Source: an uncultured Piscirickettsiaceae bacterium (lineage in GTDB: Bacteria > Pseudomonadota > Gammaproteobacteria > GCF-002020875). From it: DNA of 64,000 nt. The number at the start of each line of letters is the position of its first letter. Positions within the stretch are counted from its first letter, which is position 1. Shown here in pieces: positions 18,529-28,324 of the stretch. The stretch lies in the NCBI GenBank assembly GCA_964344135.1, contig CAYFMF010000002.1, positions 20,015 through 84,014 of the forward strand, read 5' to 3'. The position numbers and the translations under genes were made by a program. Under the pieces are notes generated by a model. The model was not told the origin of the DNA and made no database searches. It saw only the letters and a program-made list of their open reading frames with translations.

Positions 18529-20079
18529 GTGAAGAGCATTGGTTACTATCTACTGATGGTGCTCTTTTCCGCCTGGGCAGTTGCAGACCCTGTTGCTGAT
18601 CTGGAGGGAAAGAGTGGATATGAGAGGAGGGCATCCATTACCCGCCTTGCTGATACAGCCTGGGGTGGACAGCAGTTCTCCATTGAACGAGGGGTCGAGA
18701 TTCTTCGTGGGCTGACAGGGACGGATCGTTACTATGCGGCCAAATCCCTGCTGGGTTCCAATAGAGAGAGAAGAATCCTGTTGCCAGGGCCACTCTCCGT
18801 GGGAGAGGTCGATACTCTGCTGGAGGGTACGGGCAGGCAGCGACAGGACCTGATTCTACATCTGGCAGATTCCGGGGCCCCTGCCGGAAACCTTGGTGTC
18901 GAGGAGGTGCGCACACTGATTGGGGAGCTGCAGGGGGGAGCGTATGATCGTACCCTCCGATCCCTGCTGGGATCCAACCGGGCCGGGAAAAACTACGCAC
19001 TTGTCCCGTTTGGATCCGCTCAGGTCGACAGGCTTCTTGCTGCCGGGTCAGACCGTGCGGAGATGATCCGTTACATGGCGGATCGGGCGCTTCTGGAGGG
19101 AGGGTTCACTGTCGATGAGGCAGAGCGCATGATGCAGAGCCAGAGCGGGATGGATCGTCATGACTCCGTCAAGGCACTGCTCGGTTCCAATAGCGAGGAG
19201 AGGGACTACCTAACCCTTCCACTTGGATTTGCCGATGCAAAACAGCTGCTGAACGGAGTGGCCTTGCGATCTGAGCTTATCCACTACTTCTCCGACCATG
19301 GGGTGTTTGCCGGCAGATTGAGAGCCAGGGAGGTGGTTCAGCTACTGGATGGGGTTGAGAAGAGAGACCGCTATAGCGTGGTGAGGTCCCTGTTGGGGTT
19401 CAATGAGCAGGAGAGGAGCTATCTCCAGACCCCACTGGCAATGGACGATGCGGGAGCCCTGCTGGAGGGGATGGCCTATCGTGACGAGATGATTGGGCTT
19501 CTGGCCGATCAGGGTGGTCTGGTTGAGGGGTTGAGTGTGGCAGATGCCACTCTCCTGTTGGGTGAGCTTGCACGTGCGGATCGACATGATGCACTCCTCC
19601 CCCTGTTGGGCAACAATGAGCAGGGGGTGAGCTATCTCGAATTGCCTGTTACTGCCGAGGGGGCGGTGCAGTTGATGGAGCGGGCTGCCTACAGAGATGA
19701 GTTGATCGACTTTATGGTAGACCGTGGCCAGCTGGCCGGCCCACTGAGTGCTGATCAGGCGCTTGAGTTGATGACGGGTCTTGTTGGAGAGGTTCGCTAC
19801 AAAACGCTACTCTCTCTGCTGGGTAGTAATGAGCAGGAGGTAAATTATCTTCCCGTGCCAATGGAGCTGCCCGCACTATTGCCACTGCTGGAGCGGATCG
19901 CAAACCGCAAGGCGGCCATCGGATGGGTGGCTGATCACGGTATGATCAAGGGGGAGCTTGGTGAGGAGGAGACAGAGCAGTTGCTGGGGCGCCTCTATGG
20001 TGAGGAGCGTGAGCAAGCGACAGCAATCCTGAAGGGAAAGAATCGGCAGAACAGAAGCTATCTTTCAGAAGCCAGATAA
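18529..20079 (+). CDS. Secreted tandem-repeat protein: Sec signal peptide (MKSIGYYLLMVLFSAWAVA|DP from a GTG start), then six and a half exact 71-aa repeats (consensus LLGsNeqe.sYL.lPl......LLeg.ayRdEmI.y.aD.G.laG.ls.dea..Ll..l.g.dRyd.l.s)
   Basis: Repeat boundaries located by the recurring LLG(S/F/N)N motif. Every unit is 71 or 72 aa. The track ORF begins 60 nt upstream at 18469, but GTG at 18529 has a GGGGGA RBS and yields a canonical signal peptide. Confidence 0.6.
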   Translation: MKSIGYYLLMVLFSAWAVADPVADLEGKSGYERRASITRLADTAWGGQQFSIERGVEILRGLTGTDRYYAAKSLLGSNRERRILLPGPLSVGEVDTLLEGTGRQRQDLILHLADSGAPAGNLGVEEVRTLIGELQGGAYDRTLRSLLGSNRAGKNYALVPFGSAQVDRLLAAGSDRAEMIRYMADRALLEGGFTVDEAERMMQSQSGMDRHDSVKALLGSNSEERDYLTLPLGFADAKQLLNGVALRSELIHYFSDHGVFAGRLRAREVVQLLDGVEKRDRYSVVRSLLGFNEQERSYLQTPLAMDDAGALLEGMAYRDEMIGLLADQGGLVEGLSVADATLLLGELARADRHDALLPLLGNNEQGVSYLELPVTAEGAVQLMERAAYRDELIDFMVDRGQLAGPLSADQALELMTGLVGEVRYKTLLSLLGSNEQEVNYLPVPMELPALLPLLERIANRKAAIGWVADHGMIKGELGEEETEQLLGRLYGEEREQATAILKGKNRQNRSYLSEAR

Positions 20080-20222
20080 TGCCTTGAAGTTGGGGAGCCC
20101 TGCTGGCGTCGATCGGCGCAACCGAGACAGCCGCAGGCTGTCCGCAGGGTGAATGTGCAGCATTCACCAACCAGCGTGGGCGGGGCTGATCGAAGATGGA
20201 TAATGGGGTGGCAGTATAAAGT

Positions 20223-20534
20223 TGGTGGGCCCACCTGGACTCGAACCAGGGACCAAGGGATTCACTGAATCCAAATGTTTCCATTTGGAGCGGACTATCT
20301 CACCATCCACAGCATGACCTGTTTGGATGCGGGACGCTGTAACCTGTTATTAAGAACACTTTAGTTCTCAGGTAGTCTCTGCACCTTCCAGAGGTGTACC
20401 TCTGGCTTGGCTCAGGGTTGCCATCAGCTGTACTGTTAAGGTTTCCCTGAATTCATCCCGTTCATCCTGGGCCTTTCGGTCCAGGCGCACCATTTTGATG
20501 AGTCCCCTGCTCTAACCAACTGAGCTATAGGCCC
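20223..20534 (-). tRNA. ileX: tRNA-Ile2 (anticodon CAU, lysidine type) interrupted by a group I intron. 5' exon 20534..20498 (37 nt), intron 20497..20263 (235 nt), 3' exon 20262..20223 (40 nt, CCA encoded)
   Basis: The spliced sequence GGGCCTATAGCTCAGTTGGTTAGAGCAGGGGACTCATAATCCCTTGGTCCCTGGTTCGAGTCCAGGTGGGCCCACCA folds as a cloverleaf (7-bp acceptor, GCTC/GAGC D stem, GGGGA/TCCCT anticodon stem, CCTGG/CCAGG T stem). It is near-identical to E. coli ileX. The intron follows the U of CAU and ends in G. Confidence 0.85.
20263..20497 (-). mobile_element. Group I self-splicing intron (IC3-like, Azoarcus tRNA-Ile type), ORF-less, inserted after anticodon position 36
   Basis: GUG internal guide sequence 5 nt into the intron, able to pair with exon CAU. 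Conserved core elements R-like GGTGCAGAGACTAC and S-like GAGATAGTCCGC. GATGGCAACCCTGAGCCAAGC matches the Azoarcus intron segment UAUGGCAACGCCGAGCCAAGC. Terminal G. Confidence 0.8.
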
Positions 20535-20602
20535 TTTAATGTGGGCCAATACACGGTATCTGCCCCATTAAAAGATGTTGCATTATATTCTCTTAAACAG
20601 TT

Positions 20603-21013
20603 ATGATCAATCACATAATCTCAAATAATGAGTTTGGAGATGTGCAGGTGGAGTGTTTGAATTGTGGGGCAGTGTTAAGTGGACGAAAGCGCAAGTTTTG
20701 CTCTCTTCGTTGCAAGAATGCATATAACAACAAGAAATATCAGGGTTACCTTACACAGCAGAGAAGAGGTGTTAGCAGGAAGAGAGAGCTGGTCCGGCTT
20801 GCAGGCGGGAAATGTATTCGGTGTGGTTATGACAGAAACTATTCTGCCCTGGAATTTCACCATATTGATCCGGAGACCAAACAGTTTCAGCTGGACCTCC
20901 GCTCTCTATCAAACAGGAAGTGGGAAAGGGTTCTCGAGGAGTCGAGAAAGTGCATTCTTCTCTGTTTGAATTGTCATGCAGAGGAGCATTACCCTCAGGC
21001 GATGCTGCGCTAG
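20603..21013 (+). CDS. Free-standing HNH endonuclease (N-terminal Cys4 zinc ribbon plus HNH / His-Me finger), putative homing endonuclease
   Basis: CIRCGY...LEFHHIDP...N...KCILLCLNCHAEEH. The segment is visibly AT-richer than its flanks. It lies 68 bp from the tRNA 5' end and 20 bp from the rpoD stop. Confidence 0.75.
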   Translation: MINHIISNNEFGDVQVECLNCGAVLSGRKRKFCSLRCKNAYNNKKYQGYLTQQRRGVSRKRELVRLAGGKCIRCGYDRNYSALEFHHIDPETKQFQLDLRSLSNRKWERVLEESRKCILLCLNCHAEEHYPQAMLR

Positions 21014-21032
21014 CAAGGGAAGTGGACTCGGA

Positions 21033-22859
21033 CTACCCCTTGTCCAGATAGCTCTCCAGCTTGTCTGAACGGGAGGGGTGGCGCAGTTTGCGCAGCGCCT
21101 TGGCCTCAATCTGACGAATGCGCTCTCGGGTAACATCAAACTGCTTGCCCACCTCTTCCAGGGTATGGTCGGTATTCATGTCGATCCCAAAACGCATTCT
21201 CAGTACCTTTGCCTCACGTGGGGTAAGGCCGGCCAGAACACCCTGAACATCCTCCTCCAGCCCCTCGGTTGTTGCCGATTCATCGGGCTGGATTACATTG
21301 GTATCCTCAATAAAGTCCCCGAGGTTGGAGTCTTCATCATCGCCAATGGGAGTCTCGGTGGAGATCGGCTCCTTGGCAATCTTCAGTACCTTGCGGATCT
21401 TGTCCTCCGGGATCTCCATCTTCTCCGCCAACTCCTCAGGGGTTGGCTCACGCCCCATCTCCTGCAACAGCTGGCGCTGGATACGGTTCAGTTTGTTGAT
21501 GGTCTCGATCATATGGACCGGGATACGGATCGTCCGTGCCTGGTCTGCAATGGAGCGGGTGATGGCTTGACGAATCCACCAGGTTGCGTAGGTGGAGAAC
21601 TTGAAGCCACGACGGTACTCGAACTTGTCGACCGCCTTCATCAGACCGATGTTGCCCTCCTGGATCAGGTCGAGGAACTGCAGGCCACGGTTGGTATATT
21701 TCTTGGCAATGGAGATCACCAGACGCAGGTTGGCCTCAATCATCTCCTTCTTGGCGCGGCGTGCCTTGCCCTCACCAATCGACATCATCCGGTTGATCTC
21801 TTTCAGCCGGGTGATTGAGATGCCGCACTCCTCCTCAATCTTGAGCAGTTTCTTCTGTGCGCGCAGGATGTCACGGGCGTAGCGTTTGAGTGGTGCAGAG
21901 TGCTTCTTCTTTGCTGCAACCTGCCTCTCCACCCACTCCAGATTGGTCTCGTTTTTCGGGAAGGAGGTGATGAAATCCCTGCGTGGCATACCCGCACGTT
22001 CCACGGCAAGGTTCATGACATTGCGCTCGCTCCCGCGCACCTTGTCCATGGCCGCGCGGATATCGGATACCATGCGCTCCAGAAGCTTGGGCACCAGCTT
22101 GCACTGCATGAACTGATCGGCAATCTCTGTCCGGATCTCATCACATTTTTCATGCTCGATGCCGTGGCGCTTCTCTGCACGTGCCAGTTTCTTGGCAAGA
22201 GCTGCAATGGTCTGCAGGCGGCCGCTCATCATCTCCGGAGGAGGGCCGGTGAACCCTTCGTCCTCCTTCTTGTCGCTGGAATTGCTTCCCCCTTCGCCGG
22301 GGATGACAGGCTTTGGTGGTTCGGGGCAGTAGTCGCACAGCCCGGTGATTACCGATCCAAGCTCCTGGTTGCCCGCATTGATCTTGTCGAACTCCTTGAG
22401 AAGTTCATTGATGGTGTTGGGGTAGTGGGCCAGCGCATTCATCATCTGGCGCATTCCAGCCTCGATGCGCTTGGCAATGACAATCTCCCCCTCACGGGTC
22501 AGCAGCTCAACCGATCCCATCTCACGCATGTACATGCGGACAGGATCCGTGGTGCGTCCCTGTTCACCCTCTGCAGAGAGCAGAACGGAGGCGGCCTCGG
22601 CTGCGGCCTCCTCGTCATTTTCATCATTGGCGCTGCCACTCTCACCAGAGATCAGCAGGCTTTCGGCATCAGGGGCCTTCTCAAGCACATTGATGCCCAT
22701 GGAGTTGATGACATTGATTACGTTTTCAATCTCATCGGTATCCGTGATCTCACCGGGAAGGAGATCATTGATTTCGCCATAGGTCAGATAGCCCTGCTCC
22801 TTTCCCTTGGCAATCAGGTTCTTGATTTCGTTTTCTTCTGCTTTGATTGGTTGAGCCAT
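21033..22859 (-). CDS. rpoD: RNA polymerase sigma-70 factor RpoD
   Basis: Regions 1.1 to 4.2 are recognisable (for example the -10 recognition helix and the C-terminal HTH). Start taken at MAQPIK. Confidence 0.9.
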   Translation of the reverse strand: MAQPIKAEENEIKNLIAKGKEQGYLTYGEINDLLPGEITDTDEIENVINVINSMGINVLEKAPDAESLLISGESGSANDENDEEAAAEAASVLLSAEGEQGRTTDPVRMYMREMGSVELLTREGEIVIAKRIEAGMRQMMNALAHYPNTINELLKEFDKINAGNQELGSVITGLCDYCPEPPKPVIPGEGGSNSSDKKEDEGFTGPPPEMMSGRLQTIAALAKKLARAEKRHGIEHEKCDEIRTEIADQFMQCKLVPKLLERMVSDIRAAMDKVRGSERNVMNLAVERAGMPRRDFITSFPKNETNLEWVERQVAAKKKHSAPLKRYARDILRAQKKLLKIEEECGISITRLKEINRMMSIGEGKARRAKKEMIEANLRLVISIAKKYTNRGLQFLDLIQEGNIGLMKAVDKFEYRRGFKFSTYATWWIRQAITRSIADQARTIRIPVHMIETINKLNRIQRQLLQEMGREPTPEELAEKMEIPEDKIRKVLKIAKEPISTETPIGDDEDSNLGDFIEDTNVIQPDESATTEGLEEDVQGVLAGLTPREAKVLRMRFGIDMNTDHTLEEVGKQFDVTRERIRQIEAKALRKLRHPSRSDKLESYLDKG

Positions 22860-22977
22860 GCTGATCGAGACCACTCCGGAGAGGTTGCTGTTACATCGAA
22901 TATCGGAAAATATTCACAACGTTCTGTTCAAAACGAACCGCGCATTCTACACCATTCCGGGCGGGTTCGTCACTACT

Positions 22978-24735
22978 TTAATTGGATAGAAGTTGTTGAA
23001 GTTCCTGTTTTTCTTCGGAAGAGAGTGGCCCCTCTGCGGACCGGGTGAGCAGCACCTCGGTTCGTTGCTCCCGGTGGAGTCGCTGTAGCTGACTCAGTGC
23101 CCCCTGAAACTCCTTTTCAACCCCCTCTGCCGGAATGGAGGGGTTCCACTGTGCAACCTTGTGAAGCAGTGCCTCATCCTCCTCTCCTCTCCAGCGTTCC
23201 AGCAGTGCTGCGGGGGAGAGACCCGGGTGCTCCAGCAGTACCTCCATGACCTGGACAAGCAGATCAATTCCGGCTGTTTTGACCTTCCGGAAGGAGCTCA
23301 GTTCCGGTGACAGCCGAATCAGCTCCGGCTGGTGTAGCAGCATGGAGAGCACCATCCGAACCGGGGAGGGTGCCTGTCCCCGCTTGACCGGTTGTGGTTG
23401 CGGCTCGCGTCGGGTCTCTGTTGTGGCAGAGGGGTCCAGCAGGTGGTTGGCGATGGAGTCCTGATCCATCTCTGCCAGATTCGATAGCTGTTGAAACATC
23501 ATCTCGCGAAACATGCCTGCGGGCAGTTTTGAGAGTTTTGGACGGGCCAGGGCAACCAGTCGCGAGCGCCCATCGATGGATGAGGGGTCGGCCTGCTCCC
23601 TGAGATGGTCAAAGAAAAACTGGGAGAGCGGCGTTGCCCGCTGAATCCGTTGTTCGAACGCTTCAGCCCCCTCCTTGCGTACCATGGAGTCAGGATCCTC
23701 GCCATCAGGGAGAAACATGAAGCGAATCTCGCGCCCGTCCCGCATTAGTGGCATGGCAATATCCATTGCCTTGAGAGCGGCATCACGACCTGCACGGTCG
23801 CCATCAAAACAGAAAATGACCTGGCTTACCGTTCGGAATAGCTGGTTCAGGTGGTCACTGGTAGTGGCTGTCCCCAGCGTGGCCACGCTGTACTGGATGC
23901 CGTACTGGGCCAGCGCAACAACATCCATGTACCCCTCTACCACCAGAATCTGTTGCAGATTGCGGACATTTTTTCGTGCCTGATAGAGGCCGTAGAGCTC
24001 TCTCCTCTTCTGAAACAGGGGGCTCTCCGGGGAGTTGAGGTATTTCGGCTTCTCATCCCCCAGCACACGTCCCCCAAATCCGATGGTACGGCCACGACTG
24101 TCGTGAATGGGGAAGATGATGCGGTTTCTGAAGCGGTCATAGTGCCCCCCCTGATCCTTCTCGATCAGCAATCCGGTCCGGACCATCTGCTGGGTAGTGG
24201 TATCGCTCTGGTTTTTCTCACCAGCCAGTGCATGGTGGAGATGGTTCCACCCATCGGGGGCAAAGCCGAGTCCGTAGCGGGCCGCAATCTCTCCACTGAG
24301 GCCGCGCTGCTTCAGGTACTGAATGGCCTCAGGGGCCTGTGGATGTGACCGCAGCTGCTGCCTGTACCACTCCCCCGCCTTTTCCATCAGTGCATAGAGG
24401 GGTGAAAGATTCTCCCTCGGCTGTTCATTGTCACTCTCGTGTGGGACCTCAAGCCCAGCCTTTGCGGCAAGATCCTCTACAGCCTCCGGGAAGGGCATGT
24501 TCTCATACTCCATCAAGAATCCGATGGAGGTTCCGTGTGCCCCGCAGCCAAAGCAGTGGTAGAACTGTTTGGTCGGGCTTACGGTAAAGGAGGGGGTCTT
24601 CTCGTGGTGGAAGGGGCAGCAGGCCTGAAATTCACGCCCCTTTTTGGTCAGCGGTACGCGCGCATCAATGACATCGACAATATCGATGCGGGAGAGAAGT
24701 TCGTCAATGAATGTGGAGGGGATACGACCGGCCAT
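22978..24735 (-). CDS. dnaG: DNA primase
   Basis: Zinc-binding CPFHHEKTPSF and TOPRIM domain. Confidence 0.9.
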   Translation of the reverse strand: MAGRIPSTFIDELLSRIDIVDVIDARVPLTKKGREFQACCPFHHEKTPSFTVSPTKQFYHCFGCGAHGTSIGFLMEYENMPFPEAVEDLAAKAGLEVPHESDNEQPRENLSPLYALMEKAGEWYRQQLRSHPQAPEAIQYLKQRGLSGEIAARYGLGFAPDGWNHLHHALAGEKNQSDTTTQQMVRTGLLIEKDQGGHYDRFRNRIIFPIHDSRGRTIGFGGRVLGDEKPKYLNSPESPLFQKRRELYGLYQARKNVRNLQQILVVEGYMDVVALAQYGIQYSVATLGTATTSDHLNQLFRTVSQVIFCFDGDRAGRDAALKAMDIAMPLMRDGREIRFMFLPDGEDPDSMVRKEGAEAFEQRIQRATPLSQFFFDHLREQADPSSIDGRSRLVALARPKLSKLPAGMFREMMFQQLSNLAEMDQDSIANHLLDPSATTETRREPQPQPVKRGQAPSPVRMVLSMLLHQPELIRLSPELSSFRKVKTAGIDLLVQVMEVLLEHPGLSPAALLERWRGEEDEALLHKVAQWNPSIPAEGVEKEFQGALSQLQRLHREQRTEVLLTRSAEGPLSSEEKQELQQLLSN

Positions 24736-24814
24736 GCGGGGAGAATAGCATAGTCATTCTGATGGGAGGGGGAGGACCGAATGGTCCGGAAACGATCTAC
24801 AGCAGGTGGAGCGG

Positions 24815-25258
24815 TTAGCTGAGTTGTGCCTTGATCTTGCCGCTCAGCTGACCCATGTCGGCACGCCCCTGTGCCTTCGGGCGGATGATCCCCATCACCT
24901 TTCCCATCTCTTTCATTGAGGTGGCGCCGGATTCGGCAATGGCCTGCTGGACCATCTCGTCTATTTCGGAATCGGTCAGCTGTTCCGGCATGAACTCCTG
25001 GATGACGGCAACCTCGGCAATCTCGCCATCTGCAAGATCCTGGCGGCCGGCTGATTCAAACTGGGAGATGGCATCCCTGCGCTGTTTGACCATCTTGTCG
25101 AGGATGGTGAGCAGCCGGGGCTCATCGACCTCAATTCGTTCATCAACCTCAACCTGCTTGACGGTGGCAGTGATCATGCGCAGGATCTTGAGGCGCCCCT
25201 TATCCTTGGCGCGCATCGCCTCCTTGATCTCGGCATTGATCCTGTCGAGGGTGGGCAT
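24815..25258 (-). CDS. yqeY: GatB/YqeY domain protein
   Basis: 147 aa. In the conserved position inside the rpsU-dnaG-rpoD operon. Confidence 0.8.
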   Translation of the reverse strand: MPTLDRINAEIKEAMRAKDKGRLKILRMITATVKQVEVDERIEVDEPRLLTILDKMVKQRRDAISQFESAGRQDLADGEIAEVAVIQEFMPEQLTDSEIDEMVQQAIAESGATSMKEMGKVMGIIRPKAQGRADMGQLSGKIKAQLS

Positions 25259-25276
25259 CAGTCTCTAAATATGGAA

Positions 25277-25507
25277 TTAACGGGAGAGCAGGCCGCGGTT
25301 GCGACGCATGGTGCTGCGCTCGCGGGAGACACGCTTCTGGGTACGCTTTACAGCGGCTGCAGCCTTGCGCTTACGAACCTGTGTAGGCTTCTCATAGAAC
25401 TCGCGCTCACGGGCCTCTGCAACAGTGCCAGCCTTTTCGACCGCTCTCTTGAAGCGACGCAGTGCGTAGTCAAAGTTCTCGTTTTCCCTTACTCGTATAC
25501 TTGGCAT
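25277..25507 (-). CDS. rpsU: 30S ribosomal protein S21
   Basis: [21 protein letters not shown]. Confidence 0.9.
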   Translation of the reverse strand: MPSIRVRENENFDYALRRFKRAVEKAGTVAEAREREFYEKPTQVRKRKAAAAVKRTQKRVSRERSTMRRNRGLLSR

Positions 25508-25839
25508 TCTTGGTCAGTTCCTTGTTGAACCCCGCAAGTTGCAGGATCCTTTCAATTACAATGGGTTCTCTGTCTGCGCTGATATCGCAACGCTGTTTTC
25601 AAAGAAGAGCCGCGCATTATACGGAGGGGAGGAAAAATCTGCAATCTTTTAGCACCGAGAATTGTAATGGCCCCAAACTGAATCGACCGCTCTGCCCTGA
25701 TACCCAATGGGTATTGGGAGTGTGCCGATATTTTACAAAATATTACAGTAACATTTTGAAATAATTGTCTTTTTTTGACATGGTTGGTAATCTCGGAGCT
25801 GCTGTTTCAACCAATTTGAGAAGATATCAGGAGGAGATA

Positions 25840-26115
25840 ATGAAGAAAATCATCGGGTTTCTGTTGGGTGTAACGTTGCTGGCCACCTCTCTGCTGACTG
25901 TTGCAGAGGATCTGGTCGATCTCAATACAGCGGGCCTCAAGGCACTGACTACGCTGGAGCATATCGGGAAGAAGCGGGCGCAGTCGATTATCGACTATCG
26001 TGACGCCAATGGCCCTTTTCATGCTATTGAGGCGCTGGCCAAGATTCCGGGGATCGGAAAAAAGACCCTGGAGGCCAATCTGGAGCGAATGACCGTTCAA
26101 CCTCCGGCAAGGTAA
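25840..26115 (+). CDS. comEA: ComEA-like helix-hairpin-helix competence / DNA-uptake protein (periplasmic, signal peptide)
   Basis: Start MKKIIGFLLG with an AGGAGGA RBS. LNTAG...ALT..IGKKRAQSIIDYR...G.F HhH motif. Confidence 0.75.
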   Translation: MKKIIGFLLGVTLLATSLLTVAEDLVDLNTAGLKALTTLEHIGKKRAQSIIDYRDANGPFHAIEALAKIPGIGKKTLEANLERMTVQPPAR

Positions 26116-26288
26116 CTTCCAGCAGAGAGTGGTACCGCTCCCCCTGGAGCGGTATTTGTTCGGTTTCGATGGCTGATCCGGTGGAGTCACCAGTATAATC
26201 TGCCTTTCTCCTGAATAAGGGGATCAGCAGAGATTGGCCGGGCCTCCTGGTTAGATGAGGCCGCTGGTCGGAGCCACCGGGTACGAAA

Positions 26289-27305
26289 TTGATTGTTCTG
26301 GGAATAGAAAGTTCATGTGACGAGACGGGGATTGCTCTCTATGAGCACTCGCGTGGTCTGCTGGGTCATGCACTCTACAGCCAGGCAGAGATGCATGCGG
26401 CGTATGGGGGGGTGGTGCCGGAGCTGGCCTCTCGTGACCACATTCAGCGCATTCTTCCGTTGATAGAGCAGTTGATGGGGGAGAGCGGGATTTCACCGGA
26501 CCAGGTTGGCGGGGTCGCCTATACGGCCGGCCCCGGCCTGGTGGGGGCGTTGATGGTAGGGGCCTGTGTAGGGAGAAGTCTTGCCTATTCGTGGGATATT
26601 CCTGCGGTAGCGGTTCACCATATGGAGGGGCACCTGTTGGCACCACTGCTGGAGGAGAGGGTCCCTGAGTTCCCGTTTATTGCACTCCTGGTCTCCGGGG
26701 GGCACACCCTGTTGGTTCGGGTGGATGGAATTGGCCGCTACCACCATCTGGGGGAGTCTATCGATGACGCCGCTGGCGAGGCATTTGACAAGACGGCGAA
26801 GCTGTTGGGGCTCGGTTATCCAGGTGGACCGGCACTCTCCAGGTTGGCAGAGCAGGGGGATCCAGACCGTTTTACCTTTCCGCGCCCCATGGTGGACCGG
26901 CCGGGGCTCGACTTCAGCTTCAGCGGGCTGAAGACCTATGCCCGGAATACCCTGCAGCAGCATGCTGATGATCCCGGTATCGGGGCGGATGTCGCAAGGG
27001 CCTTTGAGGATGCGGTCGCCGATACCCTGGCCATCAAGTGCAGGCGCGCACTGAGGGAGAGTGGTCTGGAGCGGCTGGTGGTTGCCGGTGGGGTCAGTGC
27101 CAACCAGCGCATTCGGTCCCGTCTGGGCGAGATTGCAGCATCAGAGGGGGGGGAGGCCTTCTTTCCGCGTCCCGAGTTCTGTACCGATAATGGGGCGATG
27201 ATCGCCTTTGCCGGTGCACTGCGCCTGCAGGCCGGGGAGCAGAGTGGGCTTGCAATAGAGACCCGTGCCCGTTGGCCAATCTCCGAGTTGGCTGCGGTCA
27301 GTTAG
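26289..27305 (+). CDS. tsaD: tRNA N6-adenosine threonylcarbamoyltransferase TsaD (Kae1/YgjD), probable TTG start
   Basis: (M)[14 protein letters not shown]-terminus. 338 aa. Confidence 0.9.
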   Translation: MIVLGIESSCDETGIALYEHSRGLLGHALYSQAEMHAAYGGVVPELASRDHIQRILPLIEQLMGESGISPDQVGGVAYTAGPGLVGALMVGACVGRSLAYSWDIPAVAVHHMEGHLLAPLLEERVPEFPFIALLVSGGHTLLVRVDGIGRYHHLGESIDDAAGEAFDKTAKLLGLGYPGGPALSRLAEQGDPDRFTFPRPMVDRPGLDFSFSGLKTYARNTLQQHADDPGIGADVARAFEDAVADTLAIKCRRALRESGLERLVVAGGVSANQRIRSRLGEIAASEGGEAFFPRPEFCTDNGAMIAFAGALRLQAGEQSGLAIETRARWPISELAAVS

Positions 27306-27903
27306 ACTTTTTTGCTCCAATCTTGTCTTCTTTCCCTGCAAGCAGATTTTGTATATTGCTGCGGTGACGCCAGTAGAGGAGGAGGGTGACCAGTGCCATG
27401 GCGCCGGTGAGGATCTCTGGGTTGGGGTCGGGATAGAGTGTCCAGACATAGAGTGGGGCCAGCAGAATGGCGGTGAGTGCCGAGAGTGAGGAGTAGCGGA
27501 AGAGTGCCGCCATTCCCAGCCAGGTGAGCACCGTGGCCAGGCCGATACTCCAGTGGAGTCCGATCAGGGTACCAAGGGCGGTGGCCACCCCCTTGCCCCC
27601 CTTGAATCCAAAAAAGATCGGGTAGAGGTGGCCCAGAAAGGCGGCCAGCAGGGTCAGTGCAACTGCCAGTTCACCAAGCTGTAACTGTATGGCAACCACT
27701 ACCGGAACAAGCCCCTTCAGCATATCCCCCAACAGGGTCATCAGTGCGGCTTTTTTCCCACCGAGACGCAGCACATTGGTCGCCCCCGGATTTTTCGACC
27801 CCCCGGATCGTGGATCGGGAAGGCCGAGTATTCTGCAGATCAGGATGGCCGCAGAGAGGGAGCCGATCAGGTAGGCCGAGAGGACGATCAGTGGTTCAGT
27901 CAT
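27298..27903 (-). CDS. plsY: Glycerol-3-phosphate acyltransferase PlsY
   Basis: 201-aa membrane protein with a GSGNPGATN-type motif. Confidence 0.85.
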   Translation of the reverse strand: MTEPLIVLSAYLIGSLSAAILICRILGLPDPRSGGSKNPGATNVLRLGGKKAALMTLLGDMLKGLVPVVVAIQLQLGELAVALTLLAAFLGHLYPIFFGFKGGKGVATALGTLIGLHWSIGLATVLTWLGMAALFRYSSLSALTAILLAPLYVWTLYPDPNPEILTGAMALVTLLLYWRHRSNIQNLLAGKEDKIGAKKSN

Positions 27904-27961
27904 GGGGGCAGTGTAGGGAAGAATTATGGGATAATCCAGCTGAACAGCATAAAGAACAGGA

Positions 27962-28324
27962 GTGATGGTGGATATTGTCTATATCAAGGATCTTCAGATC
28001 AAAACGGTGATTGGAATCTATGACTGGGAGCGGGAGATCAAGCAGACCGTGAGTATCGATCTGGAGATGGGGACCGATATCAGCAAGGCGGCAGAGAGCG
28101 ATACCATTGAGCACACCCTGGACTACAAGGCGGTGGCCAAGCGGATTATCTCCTTTGTGGAGGAGAGCAGTTTTCAGCTGGTAGAGACCATGGCGGAACG
28201 CATTGCCGGAATTGTGCAGTCCGAGTTTGGTGTTCCGGGGCTGAGGCTCAGGGTCAGCAAGCCGGGTGCTGTGACCGGATCCCGTGATGTAGGGGTGATG
28301 ATTGAGCGGGGTGAAAAGATCTGA
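27962..28324 (+). CDS. folB: Dihydroneopterin aldolase
   Basis: 120 aa, family-typical, adjacent to folK. Confidence 0.85.
   Translation: MMVDIVYIKDLQIKTVIGIYDWEREIKQTVSIDLEMGTDISKAAESDTIEHTLDYKAVAKRIISFVEESSFQLVETMAERIAGIVQSEFGVPGLRLRVSKPGAVTGSRDVGVMIERGEKI

Noticed and set aside
20126-20168. Two tandem hairpins downstream of the repeat-protein gene, considered as a terminator
   Set aside because: No U tract follows either hairpin. Not called as a terminator.
20263-20497. Whether the HNH endonuclease is encoded inside the intron
   Set aside because: The intron has no ORF of meaningful length. The HNH gene lies entirely outside the tRNA gene on the other strand, so it is free-standing.
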